Positions 19,779 through 29,981 are shown, counted from the first letter of the stretch. The stretch: DNA of 64,000 nt from an uncultured virus (IMG/VR IMGVR_UViG_3300044644_001243) (IMGVR_UViG_3300044644_001243:62001-126000); one strand, 5' to 3'. The notes: generated by a model from the sequence alone, not told the origin. Made by a program: numbers and translations.

Positions 19779-22292
19779 ATGAATAGAGAAGTTTACCCAA
19801 AAGTAAAACAGATTATGAGCAAATCAGCTGGAGAAGCTAAAGCTTTTGAAGATGTTAAAGTAAGACCAGAACATATCCTTTTATCTATATTAGCAGACAA
19901 TGATAACACGTGTACAAAAATGTTAAAAGACCATTTTAAACTTGATGTTATAGATTTATATGATAAGTTTTCTGATTTTATTAGAAAAAATGATTTAACA
20001 CCTAGAGGTTATACTAGCACTAGAAAAACGTTACCATTTTCAGATGAAACAAAAACGTTAATCAAAGAATTAGAAAAACAATGTGAAGAGTTAAATCATA
20101 ACATGATTGACACGCAACATATACTATTAGTTATGTTGAACAATAAAAATAATATTTCTGAATTTTTAAGCAAAATTGGGTTAAACTATTACGATTTTAG
20201 ACGAATTGTTAAGTTAGATTCACCATCTGGTGATAAGTTTACTAACAGTTCAATTGATGATGATAATGACGAAACTGAAAGTTTTAGAAAGAAAAGTAAA
20301 ATTGTTGAAAACAAAAGTAAAACTCCAGTGTTAGATAATTTCTGTAGAGATGTATCTAAAGCTGTTGAAAAAGGTGAAATTGACCCAGTTGTTGGTCGTG
20401 AAAAAGAAATCAAAAGAGTATCTCAAATTTTATCTAGAAGAAAAAAGAATAATCCAGTTTTGATAGGTGAGCCTGGTGTTGGTAAAACATCTATTGTTGA
20501 AGGACTTGCTCAACTTATTAAAGACGGTAACGCACCTAGAACATTAATCAACAAGAAAATTTATAGTTTAGACTTAGCGTCAATTGTTGCTGGTACAAAA
20601 TATCGTGGACAGTTTGAAGAAAGAATGAAAGCTGTTCTAGAAGAATGTAAAGCAAATCCAGATGTTGTCTTGTTTATAGATGAGTTACATACAATTGTAG
20701 GTGCTGGTAATGCTTCTGGTTCACTAGATGCTTCAAACATCTTTAAACCAGCTTTAGCACGTGGTGAGCTGCAAGTAATTGGTGCAACAACATTAGATGA
20801 ATACAGAGAAAACATTGAGAAAGATGGTGCGTTGACTAGACGTTTCCAACAAGTACTTGTTGAAGAACCAACATTGGAAGAAACAAAAGTTATCTTAAAC
20901 AATATCAAAGAAAAATATGAAAATCATCATAAAGTAAAATACACTGACGAAGCAATTGAAGAATGTGTTAAATTATCTGCTAGATATATCATGGATAGGT
21001 CTATGCCAGATAAAGCTATTGATGTATTGGATGAAGCTGGTGCAACAACTAATGTTGGTGTTGAAAAACCAGAAAACATTAAAGAATTAGAATCAAAAAT
21101 TAAAGAAATCAACGAAAAGAAAAAAGATGTTGTAAAAAAACAAAAATATGAAGAAGCAGCTAAACTTCGTGATGATGAGAAAAAAATCACTGAAGAGTTA
21201 GAAAAAGTAATGGCTGAATGGCAATCAACTTTAGATAAAAAAGTTACTGAAGTTGGTGTTGAAATTATTTCTGAGGTGGTTTCAATGATGACTGGTATTC
21301 CGTTAACAAAAATATCTACACAAGAAAGTAAAAGATTAATGAACTTAGATAAAGAGTTAATGGGTAAAGTTATTGGTCAAGATGAAGCAGTAACTAAAGT
21401 TATTAAAGCAATCAAAAGAAATAGAATTGGAATTAAAGATAAAAACAAACCAGTTGGTTCATTTATCTTCTTAGGTCCTACTGGTGTCGGTAAAACGTTG
21501 TTAGCTAAATTTTTAGCAGAGCAAGTTTATGGTGACGCAGAATCTTTAATTAGAATTGACATGTCAGAATACATGGAGAAACATTCGGTATCTAGATTAG
21601 TAGGTCCACCTCCAGGTTACGTTGGTTATGACCAAGGTGGTCAGTTAACTGAAAAAGTTAGACGTAAACCACATTGTGTTATTTTATTTGACGAGATTGA
21701 AAAAGCACATGAAGATGTTTTCAATATTTTACTTCAATTATTAGATGAAGGACATCTAACAGATGGTTTAGGTAGAAAAATTAACTTTAAAAACTCTCTT
21801 ATTATTATGACATCAAACATTGGTGTTAAAGAAGTTGCAACATTTGGTCAAACAATGGGGTTTGAAACAGCAGCATCAATTGTTGGTGAAGAAAATAGAG
21901 CTCGTTCAATTATTGAAAAAGCATTAAAGAAAAAATTCAAACCAGAGTTTTTAAATCGTATTGATGAAGCTATCGTATTCAAAAGTTTATCACAAGAAGA
22001 TATCCATAAAATTATTTACTTGGAAATCAAAAAACTTGAAGAACGTGTAATCGAAATGGGTTATAAATTAAATGTGACCAAAGAAGCTATTGAATTCTTA
22101 GGAAGACAAGGTTATGACGAAGCATATGGTGCTAGACCATTAGCTAGAGCAATCCAACATTATGTTGAGGACACAGTAGCCGATGAGATTCTAAATGAAA
22201 ATTTCAAAGAGGGTGAAACCATAGAAGTTTCATTCGATGAGAAGAAAGAAGAATTGGTCATAAAGCAAGCAAAGACTAAAAAAACAAAATAA
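19779..22292 (+). CDS. clpC: ClpC/ClpB-family AAA+ ATPase (Clp protease ATP-binding subunit)
   Basis: Clp N domain, two Walker A motifs (GEPGVGKT, GPTGVGKT), UVR-like middle coil, GARPL, IGF-like MGF loop. Confidence 0.9.
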   Translation: MNREVYPKVKQIMSKSAGEAKAFEDVKVRPEHILLSILADNDNTCTKMLKDHFKLDVIDLYDKFSDFIRKNDLTPRGYTSTRKTLPFSDETKTLIKELEKQCEELNHNMIDTQHILLVMLNNKNNISEFLSKIGLNYYDFRRIVKLDSPSGDKFTNSSIDDDNDETESFRKKSKIVENKSKTPVLDNFCRDVSKAVEKGEIDPVVGREKEIKRVSQILSRRKKNNPVLIGEPGVGKTSIVEGLAQLIKDGNAPRTLINKKIYSLDLASIVAGTKYRGQFEERMKAVLEECKANPDVVLFIDELHTIVGAGNASGSLDASNIFKPALARGELQVIGATTLDEYRENIEKDGALTRRFQQVLVEEPTLEETKVILNNIKEKYENHHKVKYTDEAIEECVKLSARYIMDRSMPDKAIDVLDEAGATTNVGVEKPENIKELESKIKEINEKKKDVVKKQKYEEAAKLRDDEKKITEELEKVMAEWQSTLDKKVTEVGVEIISEVVSMMTGIPLTKISTQESKRLMNLDKELMGKVIGQDEAVTKVIKAIKRNRIGIKDKNKPVGSFIFLGPTGVGKTLLAKFLAEQVYGDAESLIRIDMSEYMEKHSVSRLVGPPPGYVGYDQGGQLTEKVRRKPHCVILFDEIEKAHEDVFNILLQLLDEGHLTDGLGRKINFKNSLIIMTSNIGVKEVATFGQTMGFETAASIVGEENRARSIIEKALKKKFKPEFLNRIDEAIVFKSLSQEDIHKIIYLEIKKLEERVIEMGYKLNVTKEAIEFLGRQGYDEAYGARPLARAIQHYVEDTVADEILNENFKEGETIEVSFDEKKEELVIKQAKTKKTK

Positions 22293-22297
22293 TAATT

Positions 22298-22327
22298 AAA
22301 GGCTGAATTTTTTTCAGCCTTTTTTTA
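22298..22327 (+). terminator. Intrinsic terminator
   Basis: aaaggctgaa-ttttt-ttcagccttt followed by a T run. Confidence 0.75.
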
Positions 22328-22338
22328 TATTTATATGT

Positions 22339-22743
22339 ATGAAACCAACAATTAAACAATTATTAAGAGAAAGACTTTTAACAAAAGATGAAACTGATGT
22401 TAGAGACGTTGCTGATTTCGTAAATTTTGCAAAAGATTATCTTAAAATAGAAGATGATGTTAAAGTTGAATTAGCGTTTAAAAAAACACCAGATTTAAGA
22501 ACAACAGCTTACTACAATAATGGTGATAAAAGAGTTAAGATTTATGTTAAAGATAGAGCAATTATCGATGTATGTAGGTCAATTGCTCATGAATTAGTTC
22601 ATCATAAACAAAATATAAGTGGTGCTTTTGAAGATGCGGAAGACCCAGGTGCGGATGGTAGTGAATTTGAAAATGAAGCTAATGCAGTTGCTGGTGTGAT
22701 AATAAGAAAATGGGGTAGAATACACCCAGAAATATACGAATAA
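22339..22743 (+). CDS. HExxH zincin-like metallopeptidase-domain protein
   Basis: RSIAHELVHHKQ ... ENEANAVAG; N-terminal IKQLLRE leader. Confidence 0.75.
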   Translation: MKPTIKQLLRERLLTKDETDVRDVADFVNFAKDYLKIEDDVKVELAFKKTPDLRTTAYYNNGDKRVKIYVKDRAIIDVCRSIAHELVHHKQNISGAFEDAEDPGADGSEFENEANAVAGVIIRKWGRIHPEIYE

Positions 22744-22747
22744 GATT

Positions 22748-24193
22748 ATGCCATATACACATAGAGAAGTTGGTGATAAAGATTGCGTTTATAAAAAAGG
22801 TAGCGAAAAAAAAGTTGGTTGTACTACTGGTGATGTTAATGATTATTTAGGTGCTCTTCACGCTAATGTTAAAACAGAAGAATTAGAAGAACTAAATGAA
22901 AGTTTAATCGCTGTAGGTAGAGATAAAATGTATGCTGCGATAGTTAACATTAAAGATTCAATCAAAGATAATGTAGTTAACACTTCAGATGCAGTAAAGA
23001 CAATTGTTAAATCAATCAAAACTGGTCAAGAATTAACAAAAGAACAAAAAACAAAAATAGGTGATGACCTTAAAAAACTTTTAAAAAGTTTAGGGTATGG
23101 TGCTGTGTTTATGCTGCCTGGTGGTTCAGTGTTTATAATCACCTTCAATTTAATAAAAAAAATTATGGATAAGAAAAAACTTAACGAATCAAACAAATTA
23201 AAAGGTGGTAAAGCTGATAAGCTAACACCAAAAGAAATTGCTGATAAATTTGATGTTACAACAAAAATGGTTAAAGACCAAATAAAAAAAGGAAAAAAGA
23301 TTGAATCTGAGCACACTAGTGATGAAGAAAAACAAACTGAAATTGCTGAAGACCATGTATCTGAATTTCCAGATTATTATGATAGAATTGAAAAAATGGA
23401 AAAAGAAGCTAAAAAGTATTGGGGTAAAAAAACAAATGAAACAAAAAGTTTTATTAAAAAATTGCTTAGAGAAAATCTACAACCAAACGAACCAAAAAAT
23501 TTAGATAATGAATTAATGAAAGCTGGTGTACCAGCAGATATGGTTGACGATGTACCAGTAAAATTAATATACCCTAATGGAGAAGAAAAATTATTAAACC
23601 CTAATTTAGAAGAAGGTGCTAGAGAATTTGTTTTTGCGTGTTTAATCGCTGCAAGTGGTTTAGTTCAATCATGTGCTAAAGAAGGTGATGTACATGGTTA
23701 TAACACAAACGTACATGGTATTGAATATACTGTTGTAGACGCTGCTGATGAAAACACTGTTTTAACTCCAGAAGAAGAACAACAAGGTATTAAATTAATA
23801 ACAGTTACTGCAAATAATGGTCAAACTAAAACTGTTAAGGCTAAATTATTTAAAGACCAACAAGGTAATGCTAGTGGTGGTTGGGCGTTCAAGGAAAAAC
23901 CATCTGAAATAGAATTAGCAATACATGGTTTTGGTCAAACAAAAAAAGAAGAAATGAGAAGCAACGCTTCTTTTAATAAAGGTGATAAAATTGCTGATTA
24001 TACAGTTGCTAAATCTAGTAAACAACCTTATGGTGTAAGTCCTTTAAAAACTATTAGAGATTCAGAGTATTTTAAAAATGCAATAAATTACATCAAACAA
24101 GGACCAATACAACAACAAGATTTCAATAAAGAAATGCAAGAAAAAGGAATAGGTATAACAGCTCAAGACGCAATAAAATATTATGGTAACTAA
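22748..24193 (+). CDS. Multidomain hypothetical protein (DUF5661-like segment; putative virion protein)
   Basis: EHT...EIAEDHVSEFPDYYDRI segment; internal IKKLLRE motif. Confidence 0.7.
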   Translation: MPYTHREVGDKDCVYKKGSEKKVGCTTGDVNDYLGALHANVKTEELEELNESLIAVGRDKMYAAIVNIKDSIKDNVVNTSDAVKTIVKSIKTGQELTKEQKTKIGDDLKKLLKSLGYGAVFMLPGGSVFIITFNLIKKIMDKKKLNESNKLKGGKADKLTPKEIADKFDVTTKMVKDQIKKGKKIESEHTSDEEKQTEIAEDHVSEFPDYYDRIEKMEKEAKKYWGKKTNETKSFIKKLLRENLQPNEPKNLDNELMKAGVPADMVDDVPVKLIYPNGEEKLLNPNLEEGAREFVFACLIAASGLVQSCAKEGDVHGYNTNVHGIEYTVVDAADENTVLTPEEEQQGIKLITVTANNGQTKTVKAKLFKDQQGNASGGWAFKEKPSEIELAIHGFGQTKKEEMRSNASFNKGDKIADYTVAKSSKQPYGVSPLKTIRDSEYFKNAINYIKQGPIQQQDFNKEMQEKGIGITAQDAIKYYGN

Positions 24194-24209
24194 ATAAGAA
24201 AAGGAGGTT

Positions 24210-24692
24210 TTAAACCTCCTTTTTTATTTCACCAATATATTCAAAACTGCCACATATTCTTTTATTATCAACGTAATGATTGTTGAATAACTTATCATGC
24301 GTTACGTCAGTCCTTAATTTCTTATTCTTAGATGTTGGTTTCCATTTATTCGATTTAATCATATAATCATACATCTTAGGGTGTGAACTTCTAGAAAAAA
24401 ATCTATGACTTTCATCTAAGTGTATTTGAGCGACTGCTTCAATAAATCTAACACCTATACCCATTCCTTGAAAATCTGGCAGCACAACGACTCTATGACC
24501 CCTCCATGCGTTTTTTAATGTACCACTAGGCATAGTTATTGATGATAAAAAACCAATAACCGTATCTTCCCATACTGCAACATAACATCTAGACGCTTTA
24601 TTTATACTTGAATCTAAATAGTGATGGTCTTTAAACATTCCCCAACCATCATTTGTTGTGCGATATACTTTGACATTGATTTCTGGGCGGAC
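24210..24692 (-). CDS. GNAT acetyltransferase (Mom-like, HHYL type); probably translated as a -1 frameshift fusion with the upstream ATPase
   Basis: FKDHHYL, RVVVLPDFQGMGIG (acetyl-CoA motif A); frame open upstream of ATG 24638 up to the T9 run. Confidence 0.8.
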   Translation of the reverse strand, partial: VRPEINVKVYRTTNDGWGMFKDHHYLDSSINKASRCYVAVWEDTVIGFLSSITMPSGTLKNAWRGHRVVVLPDFQGMGIGVRFIEAVAQIHLDESHRFFSRSSHPKMYDYMIKSNKWKPTSKNKKLRTDVTHDKLFNNHYVDNKRICGSFEYIGEIKKEV

Positions 24693-25303
24693 AAAAAAAA
24701 ACCGTCCATCAGTTCACCCGTGTCCGTATTAATAACCCAATCTGGCTCCAGCCATTCGACCACATCCATATGACATGTGGATATTACAATATTTGTTACG
24801 TCATTATTTTTAACGTATCTAGATAAAGCCACAGAAGCCGCTCTAGCAACATTTCTATCAACTACCGAGGTGTATTCATCTATGACAGCATTTGATGTTA
24901 TCTTACGAGCTAAATCAGCCCTAAATTTCTCTCCGTTGGATAATACACTATATGGTTTATACCATGATGGTATAGAATTGAATCCAACTGAACTTAATCT
25001 ATTGATTCCGTCCTCTGGATTTTCAAAATGTGATATGATTGATTTATTGTCATCCCATGTTGGTTGTTCTTCCAAACCAAAATGTTTTAACAAAGTTGAT
25101 TTACCAGAACCACTAGAACCTACAATAACACCTATCTTAAATTGTTTGGGTAGGGTAGAAGGTAATTTCCATGGGTAAAATGTTGAAGTTCCATCAAACA
25201 AACAATCAAATGCTGTTTCGCTTGCAACAATAAACTCATCTTTTTCTACGACTGATGTTAATGGTTTTTCTTCTCTTTGTAACTTTTCAATAATTGAATT
25301 CAT
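24614..25303 (-). CDS. ABC-type ATPase domain protein
   Basis: Walker A GSSGSGKST, signature-like LSNGEK, Walker B IDEY, H-loop STCH. Confidence 0.85.
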   Translation of the reverse strand: MNSIIEKLQREEKPLTSVVEKDEFIVASETAFDCLFDGTSTFYPWKLPSTLPKQFKIGVIVGSSGSGKSTLLKHFGLEEQPTWDDNKSIISHFENPEDGINRLSSVGFNSIPSWYKPYSVLSNGEKFRADLARKITSNAVIDEYTSVVDRNVARAASVALSRYVKNNDVTNIVISTCHMDVVEWLEPDWVINTDTGELMDGFFLSAQKSMSKYIAQQMMVGECLKTITI

Positions 25304-25394
25304 AAAACTTTTAAAATAAATATGAACTCAAAACAAAAAAAGGTTGAGAATTATTTCCCAACCTAATTTTAATTTCTTTACTAAACGATAGATA

Positions 25395-25601
25395 TTATTT
25401 TTTACTTTCAGTTAAAGCTTTGAATTTAGCTTCTAACTTAGCAATTTTACCTTCTAAGATAGCATTTTTATTCTCGTTAGCTTTAGCGTTTTCTTGAATC
25501 CATTCTTGTTTTTGGATAGCAACAGCTTCATTAACAATATTATCTATCAAATCTATTAATTTAGATTCTTTAATAGCAACAACTTTTTTACCGTTTGACA
25601 T
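25395..25601 (-). CDS. Small coiled-coil hypothetical protein
   Basis: 68 aa; ATATTTAT motif upstream. Confidence 0.7.
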   Translation of the reverse strand: MSNGKKVVAIKESKLIDLIDNIVNEAVAIQKQEWIQENAKANENKNAILEGKIAKLEAKFKALTESKK

Positions 25602-25677
25602 TTTTCTAAGTTTTAATTAAATCTTATTTTTATTTATAAATATGTGTTATTTTTTAAAAAACACAATTTATTAAAAA

Positions 25678-25842
25678 TTAATTTTCAATTTCAACCACAT
25701 CAAATAAATGCAATAATGTGTTCCTATCAAATTTTTTTCTAAAACAAAAGAATTCTATAGCTTCTTCAAAATTATTAGCTGAAATTGTATTTATAACATC
25801 TCCAGATTTATTCGTTAACCCATATTTTTTCATAATAACCAT
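25678..25842 (-). CDS. Hypothetical protein
   Basis: Short ORF; start moved downstream of the ATATTTAT motif. Confidence 0.55.
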   Translation of the reverse strand: MVIMKKYGLTNKSGDVINTISANNFEEAIEFFCFRKKFDRNTLLHLFDVVEIEN

Positions 25843-25887
25843 TTTAGTATAAATATATAAATAATGTTTCAAAATATAAAGATTTAA

Positions 25888-26394
25888 TTAACATTTTTTA
25901 TCGGCAGCAGAAGAAGCAGCCCATGCATCTGGTTTAACCTTGAACTCATAACCCATACCTAAAATATAACCAACAGCTTGTTGTAAAGCTTTGTTAGACT
26001 CATGTGTTGGGTCTGGATTAATGTCAGCGTGTATTTCTAATGGAATATCATATAAATCTAACAACGGTGCTAATCCATAAGCGACTTCAACCGACTTACC
26101 AACTTCATATACCATTCTCTCATTAACCAACTCTTTATTAGTCTGTTTAAAGGCATGATAATATGTTGACGAAATGATTAAACCACCACGTCCAACAACA
26201 ACACCACCTAAATCCTCACTTGTTTTAATAAGGATAACAGTAGCGAACTTATAAGTTCCTTTTTCAGCTTTTTGTGAGTCAGTACCAATTGATACTCTCA
26301 TTGAATAACCTTTAGTTAATTCTTCTTCGATAACTTTTTCCAAATATTCAATTATTGGTTCATCGATTAATTTGTCGTTTCTTTTCCATTCCAT
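25888..26394 (-). CDS. RNase H-like protein, YkuK/DUF458 family
   Basis: IGTDSQ, EIHADIN, KP.AWAASSAAD motifs. Confidence 0.8.
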   Translation of the reverse strand: MEWKRNDKLIDEPIIEYLEKVIEEELTKGYSMRVSIGTDSQKAEKGTYKFATVILIKTSEDLGGVVVGRGGLIISSTYYHAFKQTNKELVNERMVYEVGKSVEVAYGLAPLLDLYDIPLEIHADINPDPTHESNKALQQAVGYILGMGYEFKVKPDAWAASSAADKKC

Positions 26395-26442
26395 AACGTA
26401 TTATATTAAAATAAAAAAGGGGCCTATTAGGTCCCCTTATCT

Positions 26443-27861
26443 TTAAATTAAAGCTGTTGGTAACAACTCCTTTAATTTTTTAAAGTTTTCAGAACCTATG
26501 TCTTCTTCTTTTACACCTATTCTATATAAAGACCCACCGTTAGATTTGTCTAAATATTTTATTTCTTCTGGAATCTCCGTAATAGGATTCCCAATTATGT
26601 TTAAAAATTGTAACTTTTTCAAATTACCAATCTCTTTTGGTAATGACTTAATATTGTTTTCAGTCAATACAAGCATTTCTAACTTATCCAATTTACCAAT
26701 AGATGGGTGCAGCTCAACCATTTTAGCATTGCAGATAATTAATTGGTCTAAAATTTTAAACTTACTAATATCTGGCAACCTAGGTATTTCTCTTGTCATA
26801 AATCTTATTGTCGGTGTAGTGTCTTCAATCAATTCAAAAAGACTTTCTGCAAAACCAAACTTAATTAAATAATCTAAATAAACATTGTTTTCAATACCTT
26901 TTTTATGTGCCTTGGCCATCCCTATTAATTCTTCATAGAAAAAATTAGTAATACCTTCACTCTCCATTAATACTTTCTCAAAAATACTTACATTCTGACC
27001 ATTATGTCTATCCTTTAACTGATTAGTTTCAAAGTGAATCTGAAACACCTCACTAGTCTTACCTTCAAAGAATTCGTTTGGTACTATAATATAAATATTA
27101 GACTTATCACCGTTAGGTTTTTTATAATTCTCTGTATAATTTTTAAACATACCATTACCTTTCCTAGCAGTACACCAGTTAGCAAAATTATCAAAAGCTA
27201 CATTGGCTTCTGTTGATTTAGGTATAAAGAGAGTAAACTTTCTATCTCTAACTGGTATCTCCGCTTGACCTATCTCTACAAATTTTAAAAGTGTTCTTTC
27301 TAACGCACTTGGAGTCTTTTCAATAAATGGGTCAACAGCGTCAAACAATTGGGATAACGATTTATACTGATTAATGTCCGTTGGGTCTTTAACATCTTTT
27401 AAAATGTAACTACCGTTGCATAATTCTTTAAATTTTCGTTTCCTCTTATTGTCCTCAAAAATAGTTAAATACTTATTTGCTTGTGGTAAATCTTCCATAA
27501 CCAATCTGACAGCAATATCAATAGAGTTTTTGTTGTCATCCTTGATTAATCTAGTAAATAAATTTAACATCCATTGCAAATAAATTTTATTATCTGTTGG
27601 GTCGGCACCAATCATATCAGAAAATACTGAAGAACAAACGCTAACTATTTTTAATTTACGTTCTTTTTCATTAATCTTTTCAGATAAAATACCTATCACT
27701 TCACCAAAACTTGATTTAATAAGTTGTGGTGTGTAACCTTGTCCAACCAATTGTTCTAATTTATTGGTTATATTTGTTTGATTATCTTTAGAGTCACATT
27801 CGAAAACATCAAACAATTCAGCTAAAAAAGTTAATCTATCTTTAACGTTTATTTGTTCCAT
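26443..27861 (-). CDS. Leucine-rich-repeat protein with an N-terminal phage domain (NWCT motif)
   Basis: C-terminal LxxLxLxxNxIxxLPxEIGxLxxL repeats. Confidence 0.8.
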   Translation of the reverse strand: MEQINVKDRLTFLAELFDVFECDSKDNQTNITNKLEQLVGQGYTPQLIKSSFGEVIGILSEKINEKERKLKIVSVCSSVFSDMIGADPTDNKIYLQWMLNLFTRLIKDDNKNSIDIAVRLVMEDLPQANKYLTIFEDNKRKRKFKELCNGSYILKDVKDPTDINQYKSLSQLFDAVDPFIEKTPSALERTLLKFVEIGQAEIPVRDRKFTLFIPKSTEANVAFDNFANWCTARKGNGMFKNYTENYKKPNGDKSNIYIIVPNEFFEGKTSEVFQIHFETNQLKDRHNGQNVSIFEKVLMESEGITNFFYEELIGMAKAHKKGIENNVYLDYLIKFGFAESLFELIEDTTPTIRFMTREIPRLPDISKFKILDQLIICNAKMVELHPSIGKLDKLEMLVLTENNIKSLPKEIGNLKKLQFLNIIGNPITEIPEEIKYLDKSNGGSLYRIGVKEEDIGSENFKKLKELLPTALI

Positions 27862-27910
27862 ATAAAATTATTTTATTCAAATATACTAAAATAAAATGAT
27901 TTAATCAATC

Positions 27911-28255
27911 TTATTTTAAAAATTGATTAAAATAATCTTCATCGATAAATTCCTCAATTCTTTTCTTTAAAAACCAAACTAAATCGTTGACTATTTCGTT
28001 CTCCCTATCTATGATTTCTAATATAACTTTGTTATGGTCTTCACCATCACTAAAACGATATTTTACTTCTTTTATGTAATCTCTTTTTGTGTCTTTTTTA
28101 ATCTCATCGATAATTAATTCATATATCTCCCATCTCCCAGCCTTCTCCTCATCAATTGTATCTAAAATGTTACTAATGTAAGTGTTATAAGCTTTATCTA
28201 AAAATGTACGATTGTTTTTATTTGACTGGTTTAATAGACTTTTTTTTGTTGTCAT
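27911..28255 (-). CDS. Hypothetical protein
   Basis: 114 aa; resembles the next ORF (EVKYRFSDGEDHNKVILEII). Confidence 0.7.
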   Translation of the reverse strand: MTTKKSLLNQSNKNNRTFLDKAYNTYISNILDTIDEEKAGRWEIYELIIDEIKKDTKRDYIKEVKYRFSDGEDHNKVILEIIDRENEIVNDLVWFLKKRIEEFIDEDYFNQFLK

Positions 28256-28334
28256 CGTTAAATTTATTAATAAAAGTTATTTACTAATAAATATCAAAAT
28301 CATTCGGATTAACCTTAAAATTTATATTATTAAA

Positions 28335-28649
28335 TTAAAAATTTTTAATTTTATAGTATAACCTTTCTAACTCTGGATTTAAGAAATTTAAAGACTCTAT
28401 GACTTCAATACAAGCAGCGTTAGGGTCTAAATTATCAGTTAGTTTATATTGTAATTCTTTTACCTTAACCATATCATTTAATGAATTTTTAATCTCTAAA
28501 ATAACTTGATTATAAGTCAACCATTCAATCTTTTTATTGTCATTGATTAGTTGTTCAGTCAACTTATATTCATACTCAGTTTCTAATCTAGTAATGAAAT
28601 TACCATAGTTATCTCTAAGTATCTTTTTTATTTTAGATTTAAGTTTCAT
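28335..28649 (-). CDS. Hypothetical protein
   Basis: 104 aa; IKKILRD leader; ELQYKLTDNLDPNAACIEVI. Confidence 0.7.
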   Translation of the reverse strand: MKLKSKIKKILRDNYGNFITRLETEYEYKLTEQLINDNKKIEWLTYNQVILEIKNSLNDMVKVKELQYKLTDNLDPNAACIEVIESLNFLNPELERLYYKIKNF

Positions 28650-28653
28650 CTCA

Positions 28654-28992
28654 TTATAATGATACGTTTTTACTCAACTGATAATCATCATTAATTGTTC
28701 CAGAAACCCAGTCTCTAATAACTTGTTTTATAAATTCTTCATTAACATCAAATTTATAATTCATGTATTCATATAATGACTTTACTGACATTAACTCTTC
28801 ATCAATCTTATTCTTTATTTTGATTTCATTAAAGTATTCTCCACCCTCTCTAACGTATGCATCAACTCGTTCATAATAATTGTCTAAAAACTCTTTTAAC
28901 GTCTTAACCATGTTGCTATGAGCATTAGCTTCAAATAGATTTTGTTTAAGAGTTTTTAATTGAGATTCTGTTATTATAATTTTCTTTTTCAT
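28654..28992 (-). CDS. Hypothetical protein (putative virion protein)
   Basis: 112 aa starting MKKKIIITESQL. Confidence 0.7.
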   Translation of the reverse strand: MKKKIIITESQLKTLKQNLFEANAHSNMVKTLKEFLDNYYERVDAYVREGGEYFNEIKIKNKIDEELMSVKSLYEYMNYKFDVNEEFIKQVIRDWVSGTINDDYQLSKNVSL

Positions 28993-29016
28993 ATCTATAA
29001 ATATCTTAATTAAAAT

Positions 29017-29044
29017 AAAAAGGCCCCTTGTGGGGCCTTTTTTT
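29017..29044 (-). terminator. Terminator (bidirectional-looking)
   Basis: aaaaggcccc-ttgt-ggggcctttt. Confidence 0.75.
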
Positions 29045-29367
29045 TAGTTTAATAATTGGTTGATAATTTCTTGAAAACTTTTTTCGTCTTTATACCCCAC
29101 AACCCGATTTAGTTCCTCACCTTTGCTATCCATAAAGATAACTGTTGGAACACCTCTAATTGAATATTTTTGTGCTATATCAATGTTCTCATCAACATTA
29201 ACCTTACCGATAGTAACGCTATTGTCTTTGTTAGATTCAGATAATGAATCAATCACTGGAAGCAGCATTTTGCAAGGACCACACCATGGGGCCCAAAAGT
29301 CTAATACTGTGATGTTTTTTTCTTTTAAAACATCTTCAAAATTGTTTTTTGTAACGTCTATTGCCAT
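29044..29367 (-). CDS. trxA: Thioredoxin
   Basis: DFWAPWCGPCKM active site; cis-Pro motif GVPT. Confidence 0.95.
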   Translation of the reverse strand: MAIDVTKNNFEDVLKEKNITVLDFWAPWCGPCKMLLPVIDSLSESNKDNSVTIGKVNVDENIDIAQKYSIRGVPTVIFMDSKGEELNRVVGYKDEKSFQEIINQLLN

Positions 29368-29427
29368 TTACTTAAATTTATATTTTTGTTATAGTTATAA
29401 ATATACTAAATATAAATCAAAAAATCA

Positions 29428-29676
29428 ATGACTGATAAAACAATTATATTAAGATTTTTAAATAAAGAGTTTCCAGATTCACATCCAGCAATTTATATTT
29501 ATGTTTGCGGCCATAAAAGGTCAGAACAAACAGCAATAAATAAACTAATGGATTTAACTAGATTAATATTTTGCCCTCCATTAAATACTGACTATGTATT
29601 ATCAATCATCAAAGAATACCTACAAATCAAAAAAGTACAATATAAAAATGGTTTAATCAAAATTAAACCATACTAA
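29428..29676 (+). CDS. Hypothetical protein
   Basis: 82 aa; resembles 30089-30331. Confidence 0.6.
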   Translation: MTDKTIILRFLNKEFPDSHPAIYIYVCGHKRSEQTAINKLMDLTRLIFCPPLNTDYVLSIIKEYLQIKKVQYKNGLIKIKPY

Positions 29677-29981
29677 TCAAACAAATTACCACTAGCGTTT
29701 TTTTCAGCCTCCACACACTTCTGAAACTCAATTAAAGTGTCTAATTTTAAAAACTTTTTTAAATAATCTAAAGACTCAACATCTGAAAAACCATATATTT
29801 TATTCAGATAATTGAAAACCTTTATAATCTGTGCTGTTTCTTTATTATCGATAGAATTGGTTTCTATTGAAACCTTTAAGGTTTTACAATAATTAACATA
29901 AGTCATAAAATGAGATGACTTATATAATTTATAAGTTATTTCACATATACTTAAATAAACATAATTATTAAATTTTTGCAT
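29673..29981 (-). CDS. Hypothetical protein
   Basis: 102 aa ORF. Confidence 0.55.
   Translation of the reverse strand: MQKFNNYVYLSICEITYKLYKSSHFMTYVNYCKTLKVSIETNSIDNKETAQIIKVFNYLNKIYGFSDVESLDYLKKFLKLDTLIEFQKCVEAEKNASGNLFD

Noticed and set aside
3119..21190. Antisense and alternate-frame ORFs inside the capsid, portal, terminase, thyA and clp genes
   Set aside because: Shadow ORFs opposite or within well-supported genes, produced by codon bias
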